Source of the DNA: Candidatus Nanoarchaeia archaeon
GTDB lineage: Archaea; Nanobdellota; Nanobdellia; Woesearchaeales; ARS49
Reading direction: 5' to 3'
Assembly: GCA_041484255.1 (NCBI GenBank)
Contig: JBGPHE010000001.1
Coordinates: 6,240 to 70,239 of the forward strand
DNA length: 64,000 bases
The notes under the pieces were generated by a model. It saw only the letters and a program-made list of their open reading frames with translations, ran no database searches and was not told the origin of the DNA. Made by a program: the position numbers and the translations under genes. This document shows, in pieces, positions 19,667 to 30,200 of the stretch (position 1 is the stretch's first letter; every line of letters begins with the position of its first letter).

Positions 19667-20659
19667 ATGACCATCCGCGTCGCCATCAATGGCTTCGGCC
19701 GCATCGGCAGGCAGGTGCTTCAGGCAGGGCTGCACGACCCCAAGATCGAGTGGGTCGCGGTCAATGACCTCACCGACACCAAGACGCTCGCATACTTGCT
19801 CAAGCACGACTCGGTCTATGGCATGTCGCCGAACAAAATCGTCGCGAAAGATAAGAGCATCGTGATTGACGGCACCGAAGTCAAGGTCTTCGCGGAAAAA
19901 GATCCCGCTGCATTGCCGTGGGGCAAGCTCGACGTCGATGTCGTCGTGGAAAGCACTGGCTTTTTCACCAACAGAGAAGGCGCAGAATTGCACTTGAAGG
20001 CAGGCGCGGGCAAAGTGTTCATCTCTGCGCCGGCAAAGAATCCCGACATCACGGTCGTCAAGGGCGTGAACGAGCATATGTACAACAAGAAGAAGCACAA
20101 CATCATCAGCAATGGCAGTTGCACGACCAACTGCATCGCGTTGCTGTTCAAAGTCCTCAATGACAATTTCACGGTCGAGCGCGGATTTTTGCAGACCGTG
20201 CACGCGTACACGGCGACGCAGAAGCTTGTCGATACTCCTGATGCAAAAGACTGGAGACGCGGACGAGCGGCAGCGGTCAACATGGTTCCGACGTCGACAG
20301 GCGCGGCAACGACCGTAGAAGAAGTCATTCCTGAACTGAAAGGCAAGCTCAATGGCATCGCAGTCCGTGTTCCGGTCGTCTGCGGCAGCTTTGGCTCGGT
20401 ATTTGCCCAGCTCAAGAAGCCCGCGACCGTGGAAAAAATCAACTGGCTGTTCAAGGAAGTGAGCAAGTATCACTTGAAGGGCATCCTGGAATACAGCGAG
20501 GACGCATTGGTCAGCACAGACATTCTCAAGAACCCGCACTCGTGCGTCTTTGACTCGGCGATGACGCAGGTCATCGGCAACATGGTCACGGCAAGCGGCT
20601 GGTATGACAACGAGTGGGGCTTCTCGAACCGCATGATTGACATGCTCAAGCTGTTGTGA
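19667..20659 (+). CDS. gap: Glyceraldehyde-3-phosphate dehydrogenase, type I (bacterial-like)
   Basis: VAINGFGRIGR, SNGSCTTNC, PTSTGAA, WYDNEWGFS. Confidence 0.98.
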   Translation: MTIRVAINGFGRIGRQVLQAGLHDPKIEWVAVNDLTDTKTLAYLLKHDSVYGMSPNKIVAKDKSIVIDGTEVKVFAEKDPAALPWGKLDVDVVVESTGFFTNREGAELHLKAGAGKVFISAPAKNPDITVVKGVNEHMYNKKKHNIISNGSCTTNCIALLFKVLNDNFTVERGFLQTVHAYTATQKLVDTPDAKDWRRGRAAAVNMVPTSTGAATTVEEVIPELKGKLNGIAVRVPVVCGSFGSVFAQLKKPATVEKINWLFKEVSKYHLKGILEYSEDALVSTDILKNPHSCVFDSAMTQVIGNMVTASGWYDNEWGFSNRMIDMLKLL

Positions 20660-20699
20660 GTTCACAAATCTTAAATAGCCATAGTTCTCGTGCAAATGT

Positions 20700-21899
20700 A
20701 TGCCTGCCTTCGCGTCGCTGAAAGAGTTGCCGATTCGCGAAGGCAAGCGTGTTCTTGTGCGCGCTGATTTGAACGTTCCGCTGGACAAGCAGGGCAACAT
20801 CACAGACGACACGCGCATCCGCGAGTCCTTGCCGACGATTCAATTCCTTCTGAAAAAGAAAGCGATTGTGCTCCTCTTGTCGCATCTCGGCCGTCCGGAA
20901 GGCGTGGACGAGCATTTGCGCATGGACGCGGTCGCTGCGCGGCTGAGCAAGCTGCTGAAACAGCCGGTGCTGAAACTTGAGGACTGCATCGGCGCAGAAG
21001 TAGATGAAGAAATCGGCGAGATGCGCTCAGGCGAGGTCATGATGCTCGAAAACGTTCGCTTCCACCCTGAAGAAGAGGCGAACGACGACGCGTTTGCGCG
21101 CTCATTTGCAGAAATTGCGGATTTTTACGTTGATGATGCGTTCGGCAGCTGCCATCGCGCGCACGCGAGCGTTGTCGGCGTGCCGCAGTACCTGCCGAGC
21201 GCTGCGGGATTCCTGCTCGAGAAGGAAATCGCGATGCTGAGCAAGGCAGTGTCGCCGAAAAAACCGTTCGTGGTCGTGCTGGGCGGCGCGAAAGTGAGCG
21301 ACAAGATCGGCGTGATTGAGAATCTCGCCAAAAAGGCAGACCAAGTCTTGATCGGCGGCGCGATGATGTTCACGTTCCTGAAAGCGCAGGGCAAAAATGT
21401 CGGCAGCAGCAGGTTCGAGAGCGACAAAGTCGCGCTCGCGAAGAAATTGCTTGCGAAGTTCAAGGGCAAAATCATGCTTCCTGAGGACGTGGTCGTCGCA
21501 AAGAAGGCAGATGCCAAGTCAGCGACCAAGATTGTCGCGAGCAACAGCATTCCCGCGGGCTGGATGGGCTTGGACATCGGCCCGAAGACCGTCAAAAGCT
21601 ACACGATCTCGCTCAAGAAGGCAAAAACAGTGTTCTGGAACGGCCCGATGGGTATGTTTGAGCTCGCGCCGTTCGCAAAAGGCACAAAAGCCATCGCGCT
21701 CGCCGTCGGCAAGCTCAACGCAACAACAATCGTCGGTGGCGGCGACAGCGCGGCAGCCGTTCAGGAATGGAAGCTCGCGAACAAGTTTTCGCACGTCTCC
21801 ACTGGCGGCGGAGCATCGCTGGAATTCCTGGAAGGAAAGACATTGCCAGGCATTGCCGCGTTAGAAGCGAGCGCAAAGCGATTCGGTCTTAGAAAGTAA
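20700..21899 (+). CDS. pgk: Phosphoglycerate kinase
   Basis: [48 protein letters not shown]. Confidence 0.98.
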   Translation: MPAFASLKELPIREGKRVLVRADLNVPLDKQGNITDDTRIRESLPTIQFLLKKKAIVLLLSHLGRPEGVDEHLRMDAVAARLSKLLKQPVLKLEDCIGAEVDEEIGEMRSGEVMMLENVRFHPEEEANDDAFARSFAEIADFYVDDAFGSCHRAHASVVGVPQYLPSAAGFLLEKEIAMLSKAVSPKKPFVVVLGGAKVSDKIGVIENLAKKADQVLIGGAMMFTFLKAQGKNVGSSRFESDKVALAKKLLAKFKGKIMLPEDVVVAKKADAKSATKIVASNSIPAGWMGLDIGPKTVKSYTISLKKAKTVFWNGPMGMFELAPFAKGTKAIALAVGKLNATTIVGGGDSAAAVQEWKLANKFSHVSTGGGASLEFLEGKTLPGIAALEASAKRFGLRK

Positions 21900-23145
21900 C
21901 CGTCACCGATGTTCCTGTCGCGCCTTTCAGTTTCTCTTCGAGCGCTTTCTTGAGCGATTCCACATTGATGCGCTCTATATCTTTCTTCAATTGCGCGCTG
22001 CGCTGCTCATTGAGCTGGGCATTGCGTCGCGTTTCCTCACGAAGCCGCTGGATGCGCGCAAGTGTCTTGGACGCTTCGCACGCTTCAACGGCAAGCTGGG
22101 CGTCTTTCTCTGCCTTTGCAACCTGGCCGTACTCGCGCATCCAGATGCCGAGATAGCTCTTGGTCAGAATCGCCATTGCCTCGTTCACCTGCGATTTCTT
22201 GTCGCCGAGCGCGAGGCGATCGAACGTGAGAAGCCGCTCGATGTCCGACAGCACTTCAAGCAAGTCGAGGTGCAGGTCTTCGGTGAGCGTCTTGACCGGG
22301 TCGCGGAGATACTTTTCGACGAGCGTGACGTGGCGCGTGGCCATGCGGTAGAATTTTCTGAGCGCGGGCTCGAGCAGGATGAACACATTGCGGACTTTTT
22401 GCTCGTGCGACTGGACGCGTTTCTGCGCTTCTGCGACTTTGCCGAGCGCTTCTTGTCGGAGAGCGTCTTTCAGCAGGCGTTCTTCTTCGGTGGCAAGGGC
22501 CTTGACCGAGTGCGCGGCTTCGGCGGTCTGTTTTTCCAGATCCGCGCGCTCGCGCTGCAGTCCGATGAACTGCTGCCGGCGGATGGCGATGAGCGCGATG
22601 TCGCGGCGTGCCGCTTCGTACACGACAGGGTTTGCTTGCGCGTGCAATGCCTTGAGCGCGATGATTTCCTGCTCCATTTGCGCGAGCAACGATGTTATTT
22701 CCTTGCTTTCGTGGGAAAAGAACTCTTGCAGAATCTGGAACGGGCGCAGGATGCCTTGGGTGAATTCCGCGGCGTCCTTGTGGTGCTGGTCAAAGAACGC
22801 GCCGAGCTGTTCGGTCGCGTTGGGAACAACGAGCTTGTCGAGATAGGTCGTGACCCTGCGCGAGTATTCCTCGCGGTTTCCCTGCATGAAGTCCTTGGCA
22901 CGCTCAGGAATGTCAGGATTGAGCAGCTGAGCGGACTGCAAGACTGAGACTTTCTCGCGCACGGTCGCGGCAAATTGGTCGATGCGCATGCGCGTCGCGG
23001 CCAATTGCTCGACGATGCGCGCGTTCAGCGGCGAACGGCTCTGCCGCAGCCAATCCTCAAGCTCGGCGAGCGGCACGGTCGCGACGCTCTGCGCTTCGGC
23101 GCGCGGCTTTCCGCCTCCGAACAGCGCCTTCAACAGCTTCAGCAT
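21889..23145 (-). CDS. Hypothetical long helical/coiled-coil protein
   Basis: Likely start MLKLLKALFG at 23145 after a minus-strand TATA (about 23170-23176); 418 aa. Confidence 0.75.
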   Translation of the reverse strand: MLKLLKALFGGGKPRAEAQSVATVPLAELEDWLRQSRSPLNARIVEQLAATRMRIDQFAATVREKVSVLQSAQLLNPDIPERAKDFMQGNREEYSRRVTTYLDKLVVPNATEQLGAFFDQHHKDAAEFTQGILRPFQILQEFFSHESKEITSLLAQMEQEIIALKALHAQANPVVYEAARRDIALIAIRRQQFIGLQRERADLEKQTAEAAHSVKALATEEERLLKDALRQEALGKVAEAQKRVQSHEQKVRNVFILLEPALRKFYRMATRHVTLVEKYLRDPVKTLTEDLHLDLLEVLSDIERLLTFDRLALGDKKSQVNEAMAILTKSYLGIWMREYGQVAKAEKDAQLAVEACEASKTLARIQRLREETRRNAQLNEQRSAQLKKDIERINVESLKKALEEKLKGATGTSVTVTF

Positions 23146-23198
23146 ATGCACGGCAGAATGGCGAAAGGTTTTTATAGGTTCGTGACAGGCAGAAGGTA

Positions 23199-23513
23199 GT
23201 GAAAAAGGGGGAGTACGCAAAAGCGAAACAGCAGCAGCGCCAGAGCGCTCTCCAGCAAATTCACGTATTGTTCGACGCCGCGGCGCTGGCGTTCCCGTCC
23301 GATGCAGCAAAAGCAGACGCGATGGTGGCGAAAGCGCACAAATTGATGCAGCGGAGCAAGGTGAAGCTGCCTGTTCTGCTCAAAAAACGCTTTTGCAAGG
23401 AGTGCAAGGCGCTTTGGGTGCCCGGAAACACGGTGCGCGTGCGGCTGACCAAGGGAAGGCTCGTGTACACCTGCCTGAAATGCAAGCGTATCCAGCGCAT
23501 GCCACTCAGATAG
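23199..23513 (+). CDS. rnp4: Ribonuclease P protein component 4 (Rpp21)
   Basis: KKRFCKEC...PG...RVRL...YTCLKC zinc ribbon. Confidence 0.88.
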   Translation: MKKGEYAKAKQQQRQSALQQIHVLFDAAALAFPSDAAKADAMVAKAHKLMQRSKVKLPVLLKKRFCKECKALWVPGNTVRVRLTKGRLVYTCLKCKRIQRMPLR

Positions 23514-23571
23514 CCATTCTGTTAACCTATTTAACAAAAGAGCCTTTTCGTTCAAGGTAACACCACAAACC

Positions 23572-23604
23572 TTATATACCTCTAATGTTAGTCTAACTAA
23601 CATT
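23572..23604 (+). promoter_or_regulatory. TATA box followed by perfect inverted repeat AATGTTAGT-CTA-ACTAACATT (candidate operator)
   Basis: TTATATA at 23572-23578; arms at 23584-23592 and 23596-23604 are exact reverse complements. Confidence 0.7.
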
Positions 23605-23626
23605 CGCATCGTCGGGGACAACAAGA

Positions 23627-23917
23627 GTGAAAAAAGAGGGTGTTGAGAGTAAAGAGTACGAGAAATTCATACCGAGAGTCATCTTCACCTACTCGACGGA
23701 GCATCTTCTCAAGAAAGACAAGGTCAGATTCTATTACGCGCTGAAGGGCCGCGACGGAAAAACCGGCATCGTCAAGCGCTGCGCCATCGAACAGCTCGGC
23801 CGCACCGTGCTTCTCGTCCCGACGAAACACGCGGCAGATGTCGATGAATTCCTGAAGTACTGGAAGTGCGAATTCCAGCAGCGCCGCGTGCTCGTCGAGC
23901 CGGGAGTGGGCAAATGA
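23627..23917 (+). CDS. Small hypothetical protein heading the surface-protein operon (possible Cas2/VapD/PaaX-like fold)
   Basis: 96 aa, IFTYST...VRFYYALKGR...LGRTVLLVP...EFLKYW; stop overlaps the next ATG; fold call tentative. Confidence 0.65.
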   Translation: MKKEGVESKEYEKFIPRVIFTYSTEHLLKKDKVRFYYALKGRDGKTGIVKRCAIEQLGRTVLLVPTKHAADVDEFLKYWKCEFQQRRVLVEPGVGK

Positions 23918-26900
23918 CTCCTGAAAAGCGCGTCGCGTTCGCCGTGCTCCTCTGCGCGGCGATTATCGGCGCAGGCGTGATGCTGCGCGATGCGCACGTG
24001 ACCGGCGATGCGACGTTCGGCACAACAGACTTCACGACGCAGGCAGTCGTCGCGCCCAAGCAGGTCATCCTCATCATCGTCGACGGAATGCAGTACAACC
24101 ATTACGTCACCATGCTGGGCTTCGGCAACCTGTCGAACTTCACGCGGCTGCTGAGCCGCGGCGGCTTCAACACCACGCTGAACATCACAAAGCACACCAG
24201 CACGGTCACCGCGCCGGGCAACGCAGAAATCTACACCGGATTGGGCAGCAGCATCACCGGCGTGACCTCGGACAACTGCAGCACGCCGGTGCCGGTCAAC
24301 ACCACCATCTTTGAGCGGCTCAAACAGTTCAACGCAAGCATCGCGACCGGGACTGTCTACGGCAAGCAGACCTGCTACATTCCGAACGGCGTGCTCGGCA
24401 ATGCCATGTCCGCAATCGACTGGTTCCAGAACCGGTCGCTGTACACGAATACGAACTGGACCGACAACGGCGATATTTGCGCATACGCCCGCAATGCCTC
24501 CACCAAGGCACAGGAGTTCATCGTCAACAACACCAACCGGTCGTTCTTCCTGGTACCGTACTTCGGCAACCCCGACTGCTCAGGCCATGTCGGCACGGAC
24601 AACTCGGTCAATTACAATAACTCCTTCATCGAGGTTGACTACGCGCTCGGCATCCTGCTGGACACGCTGCGCGACCAGGGCATCGAGAACAACACGGCGA
24701 TCATCATCAGCACCGACCACGGCTGGAACGAGGGAACCACAGGCCACTCAACGTTCAATGCGGACACCGCAATCATCCCCCTCATCACCAACAACCGCAG
24801 TGTCATTGCGAACGCGACCATCCTGGGCGTGCGCCAGCAGTGCGACATCGCACCGACCGTGCTGAGCTATTTCGGCGTGCCCTCGGCGAATTACTCAGAC
24901 ATCATCGCCAATGGCTGCTACTCGATGTACGACTCGCTGTTTGACACGCTCACCGGCTGCGCGACTATCAACGCGAGCACGACGCTCGGCCAGAACATCC
25001 AGGCGCCGGGCTCGGGAAGCTGCATCATCGTGAACGCGGACAATATCACGCTCAGCTGCGCAGGGTTCAGCATCGGCGGCAATGCGGCCGGCACCGGCAT
25101 CAATGTCACGAACCGCGCGAATGTCACCATCAAGGACTGCGTTCTTGAGAATTTCACCAACAACATTGTCCTCAACAGCACCAATGCAAGCGTCATCGTC
25201 AACACCACCGCCCGAAAGTCGACGTCCACAAGCATTCTTGTCAGGCAGGGCTTGCGCAACCTCCTCGCAAACAACACAGTCTCCGGCGATTTCATCGGCA
25301 TTCTGCTCTTCAACGGATCCAATAACACCCTGCGCAGCAACAACGTCAGCGGAATCTCGACCGGAATCACGCTGTTTTTCACGCAGAACAACACACTGAT
25401 CAATGATACCGGCGCGAGCACGTCAGGCACCGGCATTTTCCTCACCGCGTCTATCAACAACACGCTGAACAGCGTGCTCGCAACAAGCGTCAGCGGCAAC
25501 GGCCTGATGTTTTCCAGCATGGGTTTGGGAAACAACGTCATCGCGAATACGACCGGCCGCAGCAGCAGCGGCATCGGTGTGTACCTTACGAGCGGCGCGA
25601 ATCTCAATACCCTGCTGAACGTCACTGCCGCAAGCGACAGCAATGCGGCGCTCGCGTTTGACTTTTCCAGCGGAAGCAACCTGTTCAATGACACCACGCT
25701 CCTCAGCAACAGCACGTGGCTGTCGGCAGACAGCGACAGCTACTTCAATACCCTCACCAATGCCAGCTTCGTGTCCCAGTTTGGCGGCATCGCCGTCCTG
25801 AGAAACTTCACCCTTCCGAACGCGACGACCGTCACCCTCGCATCACTGAACATCACGAGCAACCGCGCGTTCCTGAACAGCACGAACCTGTCGTTCCTGA
25901 ACCAGACCGCAGTCATCACGCTGAACGGCGTCACGTCCGTCGACCCGAAGCCGCAGGTGGCCTTGGTCGATGGCGGGGCGTTCTCGGACTGCCTGCCGAC
26001 CGCAGACCCGTTCTGCACCGAACTGAGCTTCAGCGGCGGCGTGTTTGTCTTCAATGTCTCGCATTTCACGACCTTTGCGTCGTTTGAGAGCGCGGACGTG
26101 AATGTGACGCTGACCAAGTCAGACTCGCCCGACCCGGTGAACGCGAGCGGCTATCTGACCTACACTATTACAGTCAATGTCTCAGTGGGCAACGCAAGCA
26201 ATGTAACGCTTACCGATGTCTACCCTGCGCAAGTCATCTTCAATGGCTCCCAGCCCGCGCCGCTTGCCGGAACGAACAACACGTTTGTCCTGGGCAACCT
26301 GTCGCTGAACACCAGCACCGTCGTCAATATCACTGTGCTCGTGCTGAACGTGAGCAACAACACCATCATCAACAATACCGCGAACATCTCGTTCCAGAAC
26401 TCGACCGGCGGCATCGGACGGCTGAACGTGACTGAGAACACTACGGTCATCAACCTCACGTTCCCCGCGCCCTCGCCTTCGCCGACAAGCAGCGGCGGAA
26501 CCAGTGGCGGAGGCGGCTACAGCGTCAGGCCCACACCGAACGCTCCGTCAGTCGCTGCGTCGCAGAACTGCTTCGAAGGCTGGGCGTGCGAAGGCTGGAG
26601 CAGGTGCGAGAATGGCGCGCAGGAGCGCGCGTGCGTTGACCTGAATCACTGCGGCACCGAATCGCTCAAGCCCGCGACGACGCAGTCGTGCGCGAGCCCG
26701 CACGTGCAGGAGCTGGTGCAGGAAGAAGTCGTGGAGCAGCCCGCCGAGCTGCCCCCGCAGCAACCGCAACAGCCTATCCAGTTGCAGATGCAGGGTACAG
26801 AAACGTCTGCCGTGAAGACCGCGTTCTTCACATCCGGAAGCGCGCTGCTCTGGCTGCTCTTGTTCATCATCCTCGGCGGAATCATCGTCACGATCGCATA

Positions 26901-27228
26901 CGCGAAGTTCATGCACCGCGCTCCCGAAGCGCCCGAACCCGACCTTCCGCCCGCGCCGGGACGCGAAGAGCCGCTGCCCGCGCCTGAGCTTGACAATGGC
27001 CTTGCGCAAGAGCACGAAACGCCCTTTACTGAGGAGCTTGAGCTGCAGCCCGCGATAAGCAAGCCCGAACCAGAAGTGCAACGCGCGCTTCCCAAGCCTC
27101 GCGTGGCACGCAGCCGCGAAGAATTGGAGCAGATTGAACGCAAGCTCGCAAGCATTGAGAGTTCATTATCACGCAGCCGGCGCGCCGCACCAAAGCGCAG
27201 CAGCGCACGCAGGAGGACGCGCAAATGA
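23914..27228 (+). CDS. Surface protein 1 (1104 aa): alkaline-phosphatase/type I phosphodiesterase domain, beta-helix, HFT module, DUF11-like, TSP1-like, TM, cytoplasmic tail
   Basis: ILIIVDG, TVTAPGNAEIYTG, PDCSGH, ISTDHG, DIAPTVL metal-binding motifs; ATGA-coupled start at 23914. Confidence 0.85.
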   Translation: MTPEKRVAFAVLLCAAIIGAGVMLRDAHVTGDATFGTTDFTTQAVVAPKQVILIIVDGMQYNHYVTMLGFGNLSNFTRLLSRGGFNTTLNITKHTSTVTAPGNAEIYTGLGSSITGVTSDNCSTPVPVNTTIFERLKQFNASIATGTVYGKQTCYIPNGVLGNAMSAIDWFQNRSLYTNTNWTDNGDICAYARNASTKAQEFIVNNTNRSFFLVPYFGNPDCSGHVGTDNSVNYNNSFIEVDYALGILLDTLRDQGIENNTAIIISTDHGWNEGTTGHSTFNADTAIIPLITNNRSVIANATILGVRQQCDIAPTVLSYFGVPSANYSDIIANGCYSMYDSLFDTLTGCATINASTTLGQNIQAPGSGSCIIVNADNITLSCAGFSIGGNAAGTGINVTNRANVTIKDCVLENFTNNIVLNSTNASVIVNTTARKSTSTSILVRQGLRNLLANNTVSGDFIGILLFNGSNNTLRSNNVSGISTGITLFFTQNNTLINDTGASTSGTGIFLTASINNTLNSVLATSVSGNGLMFSSMGLGNNVIANTTGRSSSGIGVYLTSGANLNTLLNVTAASDSNAALAFDFSSGSNLFNDTTLLSNSTWLSADSDSYFNTLTNASFVSQFGGIAVLRNFTLPNATTVTLASLNITSNRAFLNSTNLSFLNQTAVITLNGVTSVDPKPQVALVDGGAFSDCLPTADPFCTELSFSGGVFVFNVSHFTTFASFESADVNVTLTKSDSPDPVNASGYLTYTITVNVSVGNASNVTLTDVYPAQVIFNGSQPAPLAGTNNTFVLGNLSLNTSTVVNITVLVLNVSNNTIINNTANISFQNSTGGIGRLNVTENTTVINLTFPAPSPSPTSSGGTSGGGGYSVRPTPNAPSVAASQNCFEGWACEGWSRCENGAQERACVDLNHCGTESLKPATTQSCASPHVQELVQEEVVEQPAELPPQQPQQPIQLQMQGTETSAVKTAFFTSGSALLWLLLFIILGGIIVTIAYAKFMHRAPEAPEPDLPPAPGREEPLPAPELDNGLAQEHETPFTEELELQPAISKPEPEVQRALPKPRVARSREELEQIERKLASIESSLSRSRRAAPKRSSARRRTRK

Positions 27229-30200
27229 GCGGCAACGCACAGAAGCGGACCGTGATGCTGCTCGTGCTTGCCTTGGGCCTGCTCGGCGTAGGTACTATGA
27301 TATTCGGCTCGACGCACAGCCCTGCCGCGCTGACCGGACTTGTTACTGACAATGCAAGCGTTCAGCCGGAAGCGCCTGCTGAGCAGCAGCCGATTCCCGA
27401 ATTGCAGGCAGAAGCGACGCCAGAACCGTCATTCTCCACCGAAGCGGCCGCTCCGCGGCTCGTCGATCCTGCGGTGGAACGAGCGCTTGCGGAGAACGGC
27501 ACCGCAGACATCATCATCATCCTCAAAGAAGACGCCGCGTCGCTGTTCGAAACCGAAACGAGCCAAGCAGATGCGCTCGCGCAGCGAAAGGCGTCTGTCG
27601 CGGCCGTGCGCACGGCGTTCGCCGCGGAAATGGGCGGCGGATTCGGAACTGCGAGCAACGCGTTCGAAGTCACGCGCGAGTATGATACGCTCAATGCCAT
27701 CGCGGCAACCATCACCAGCGTCGGCCTGGAAATCTTGAAGACGCGCCAGTCGGTCGAACAGATCGTGCTGGACCGCAGGCTCACGGTCGACCTTACCGTG
27801 AGCGTGCCGCTCATCGATGCGGACGACGTCTGGAACCTCACCGTCAACGGAAGCAACCTCACCGGCAAGGGCGAGGTCATCTGCATCATCGACACAGGCA
27901 TCGACGCCACGCACGTCGCGTTCACCAACAAGATTTTGCCCGGCCAGGACTATGTCAATGAAGACAGCAATCCCGCCGACGACGCGGGCCACGGCACGCA
28001 CGTCTCGGGCATCGCCGCGGGCAACAGCAGCCCGGTGCTCGGCGTCGCAAAGGACGCGAAGATCCTGCCCGTCAAGGTGTGCGACAGCGGCGGCACGTGC
28101 CAGGACACGGATATCCTTGCAGGCATCGACTTCTGCAACAACAACTCGGCGACCTACAACATCAGCGCGATTTCCGGCTCGCTCGGCGACAACAGCCAGT
28201 ACAACTCGACGACCTGCCCGACCACGTACGACAGCATCTTCGCGACGTCGAACTCCTTGGGGCTTATTCCGGTCTTCGCGTCGGGCAACAATGCGTTCAC
28301 GAACGGCATCAGCCACCCTGCCTGCTCGCCGTACGCCATCAGCGTGGGCTCCACGACCAAGGCAGACGCGATGAGCTCGTTCACAAACAGAGGGGGCGAC
28401 CGCCTGGACGTTCTCGCGCCCGGCAGCAGCATTGTTTCCGCGCTCATCACTGGCGGAACCGTCTCCGCATCGGGAACATCGATGGCCACGCCGCACGTCT
28501 CGGGAGCGATCGCGCTCATCCAGCAGAACCAGCGCGCGCTGAACCGCGCCATTGTCAACATCACCGACATGCGCACATTGCTCCAGCAGACCGGCGTGAA
28601 TGTCACGAGCTGGCAGCGCATCGACGTGTACAACGCGATCGCCAAGCTCAACCAGAACTACACCATCAACATCACGGACAACTCTATCGCGAACGGAACG
28701 ACACGCGGCGCAAAGGTGCGGTTCAGCAACTTCACCGATATGAGCAGGTTCGTGGATTGCGGCGTAGTCAGACCCAACTTTGTAGGCATCGACTCCGCAG
28801 CATGCCCGCAGCTGAACAAGAGCGCGCACATCACGTTCGCGAACATCACTGGCATCGGCGCCAGGCCGCTGCGCAACGGCGTGCCCTGCCCGCCCAGCAT
28901 CTGCCAGAACTTCACGTTCGGCAACGGCACGGTCGACTTCGACGTCACGGAGTTTTCAAACTACAGCAGCTTCAACCTGACGAACCTCACCGGCTGCGCG
29001 AACGTGAACGTCAGCTCGGTGCTGACGCAGAACGTCTCCAGCACGAGCAACTGCATCAACATTACTGGAAACAATGTCATCCTGTTCTGCAACGGATTCA
29101 CAATTGCGTTCGACACGGCAGGCGGCGGGCTTGACAACGGCATCAGGGCCAACCAGCGCCGCAATATCACGGTCGACAGCTGCATCATCAGAGATACCAA
29201 TGCAGGAGGCGCGGGCGCTGTGGGAATCGTCGTCAATGGGACGAACAACAGCATCTTCATCAACAACTTTATCCAAGTCAACGGAACGGCGAACAACAAC
29301 GGCTTCATCCTGGACTTGTTTGCGAATAATGTCACCATCGCCAACAACACCGTCAACTCGCGCGGAACGCTCGCGTTCGATTTCCCCATCCAAGTCAGGA
29401 ACCCCGTCAGCAATATCACCATCGCCAACAACACGCTCGTGACGGTGGGCTTGGGCAACAGCGAATGGGGCATTGACGACAGCGGGCTCCAGGACACAGT
29501 CGTCACCAATAATATAATCATTGCACTTTCGGACGGCGGCCTCAACTTCGGCTTTCGCGTGAATGCAGTGCCCCTCAATCTTCAGGTAAGCGACAACAAC
29601 ATCAGCGTGAACGGGAGCGGAAGCTATGCGCTCGTGTTCCCCGACTCTTTAGGGAGCACGCCCAATACCACATTCTCCAACAACGTACTGGGCACGACCA
29701 GCGGCTGGATTACCGTGGGCGCCTTCGCGCGAGTCAACATCACCAACACCACGTTCCGCATGCCGAACGGCAGCATCACCATCCCCGGAACGGTGCAGCT
29801 CAACGAATCGACGGACGTGCTGATTTCCAAGCTGAACATTTCTGCAAATCAGGCGTACCTGAACAGCACAAACCTGACCGCGCTCAACACGACCGCGATC
29901 ATCGCGCTGAACAGTGTCGGCTTCAATGATCCCAAGCCGCAGTTCAGGTTCGGCGAGACCGGCGCGTTCACCGACTGCACACCCACCGTCAACCCGTTCT
30001 GCACCGAGCTGGGCTTCAGCGGCGGCGTCTTCACGTTCAATGTCTCGCACTTCACCGGCTACATCAGCGCGGAAGGCGGCAGCGTCAACCTCACCGGCTG
30101 CGCGACCGTCAACGCGAGCACGGTGCTGACGCAGAACATCGCGTCCAATGACACGTGCCTCTTCACGAACGCGAGCAATATCGTCATCTCCTGCGCAGGG

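Noticed and set aside
119..20818. Long antisense ORFs such as 119-1480, 6101-7042, 17287-18837 and 18929-20818
   Set aside because: They lie opposite clearly identified housekeeping genes and are expected from high GC3 codon bias
23627..23917. CRISPR-Cas locus, suggested by a possible Cas2-like fold
   Set aside because: No repeat-spacer array or other cas genes seen; the fold call itself is tentative
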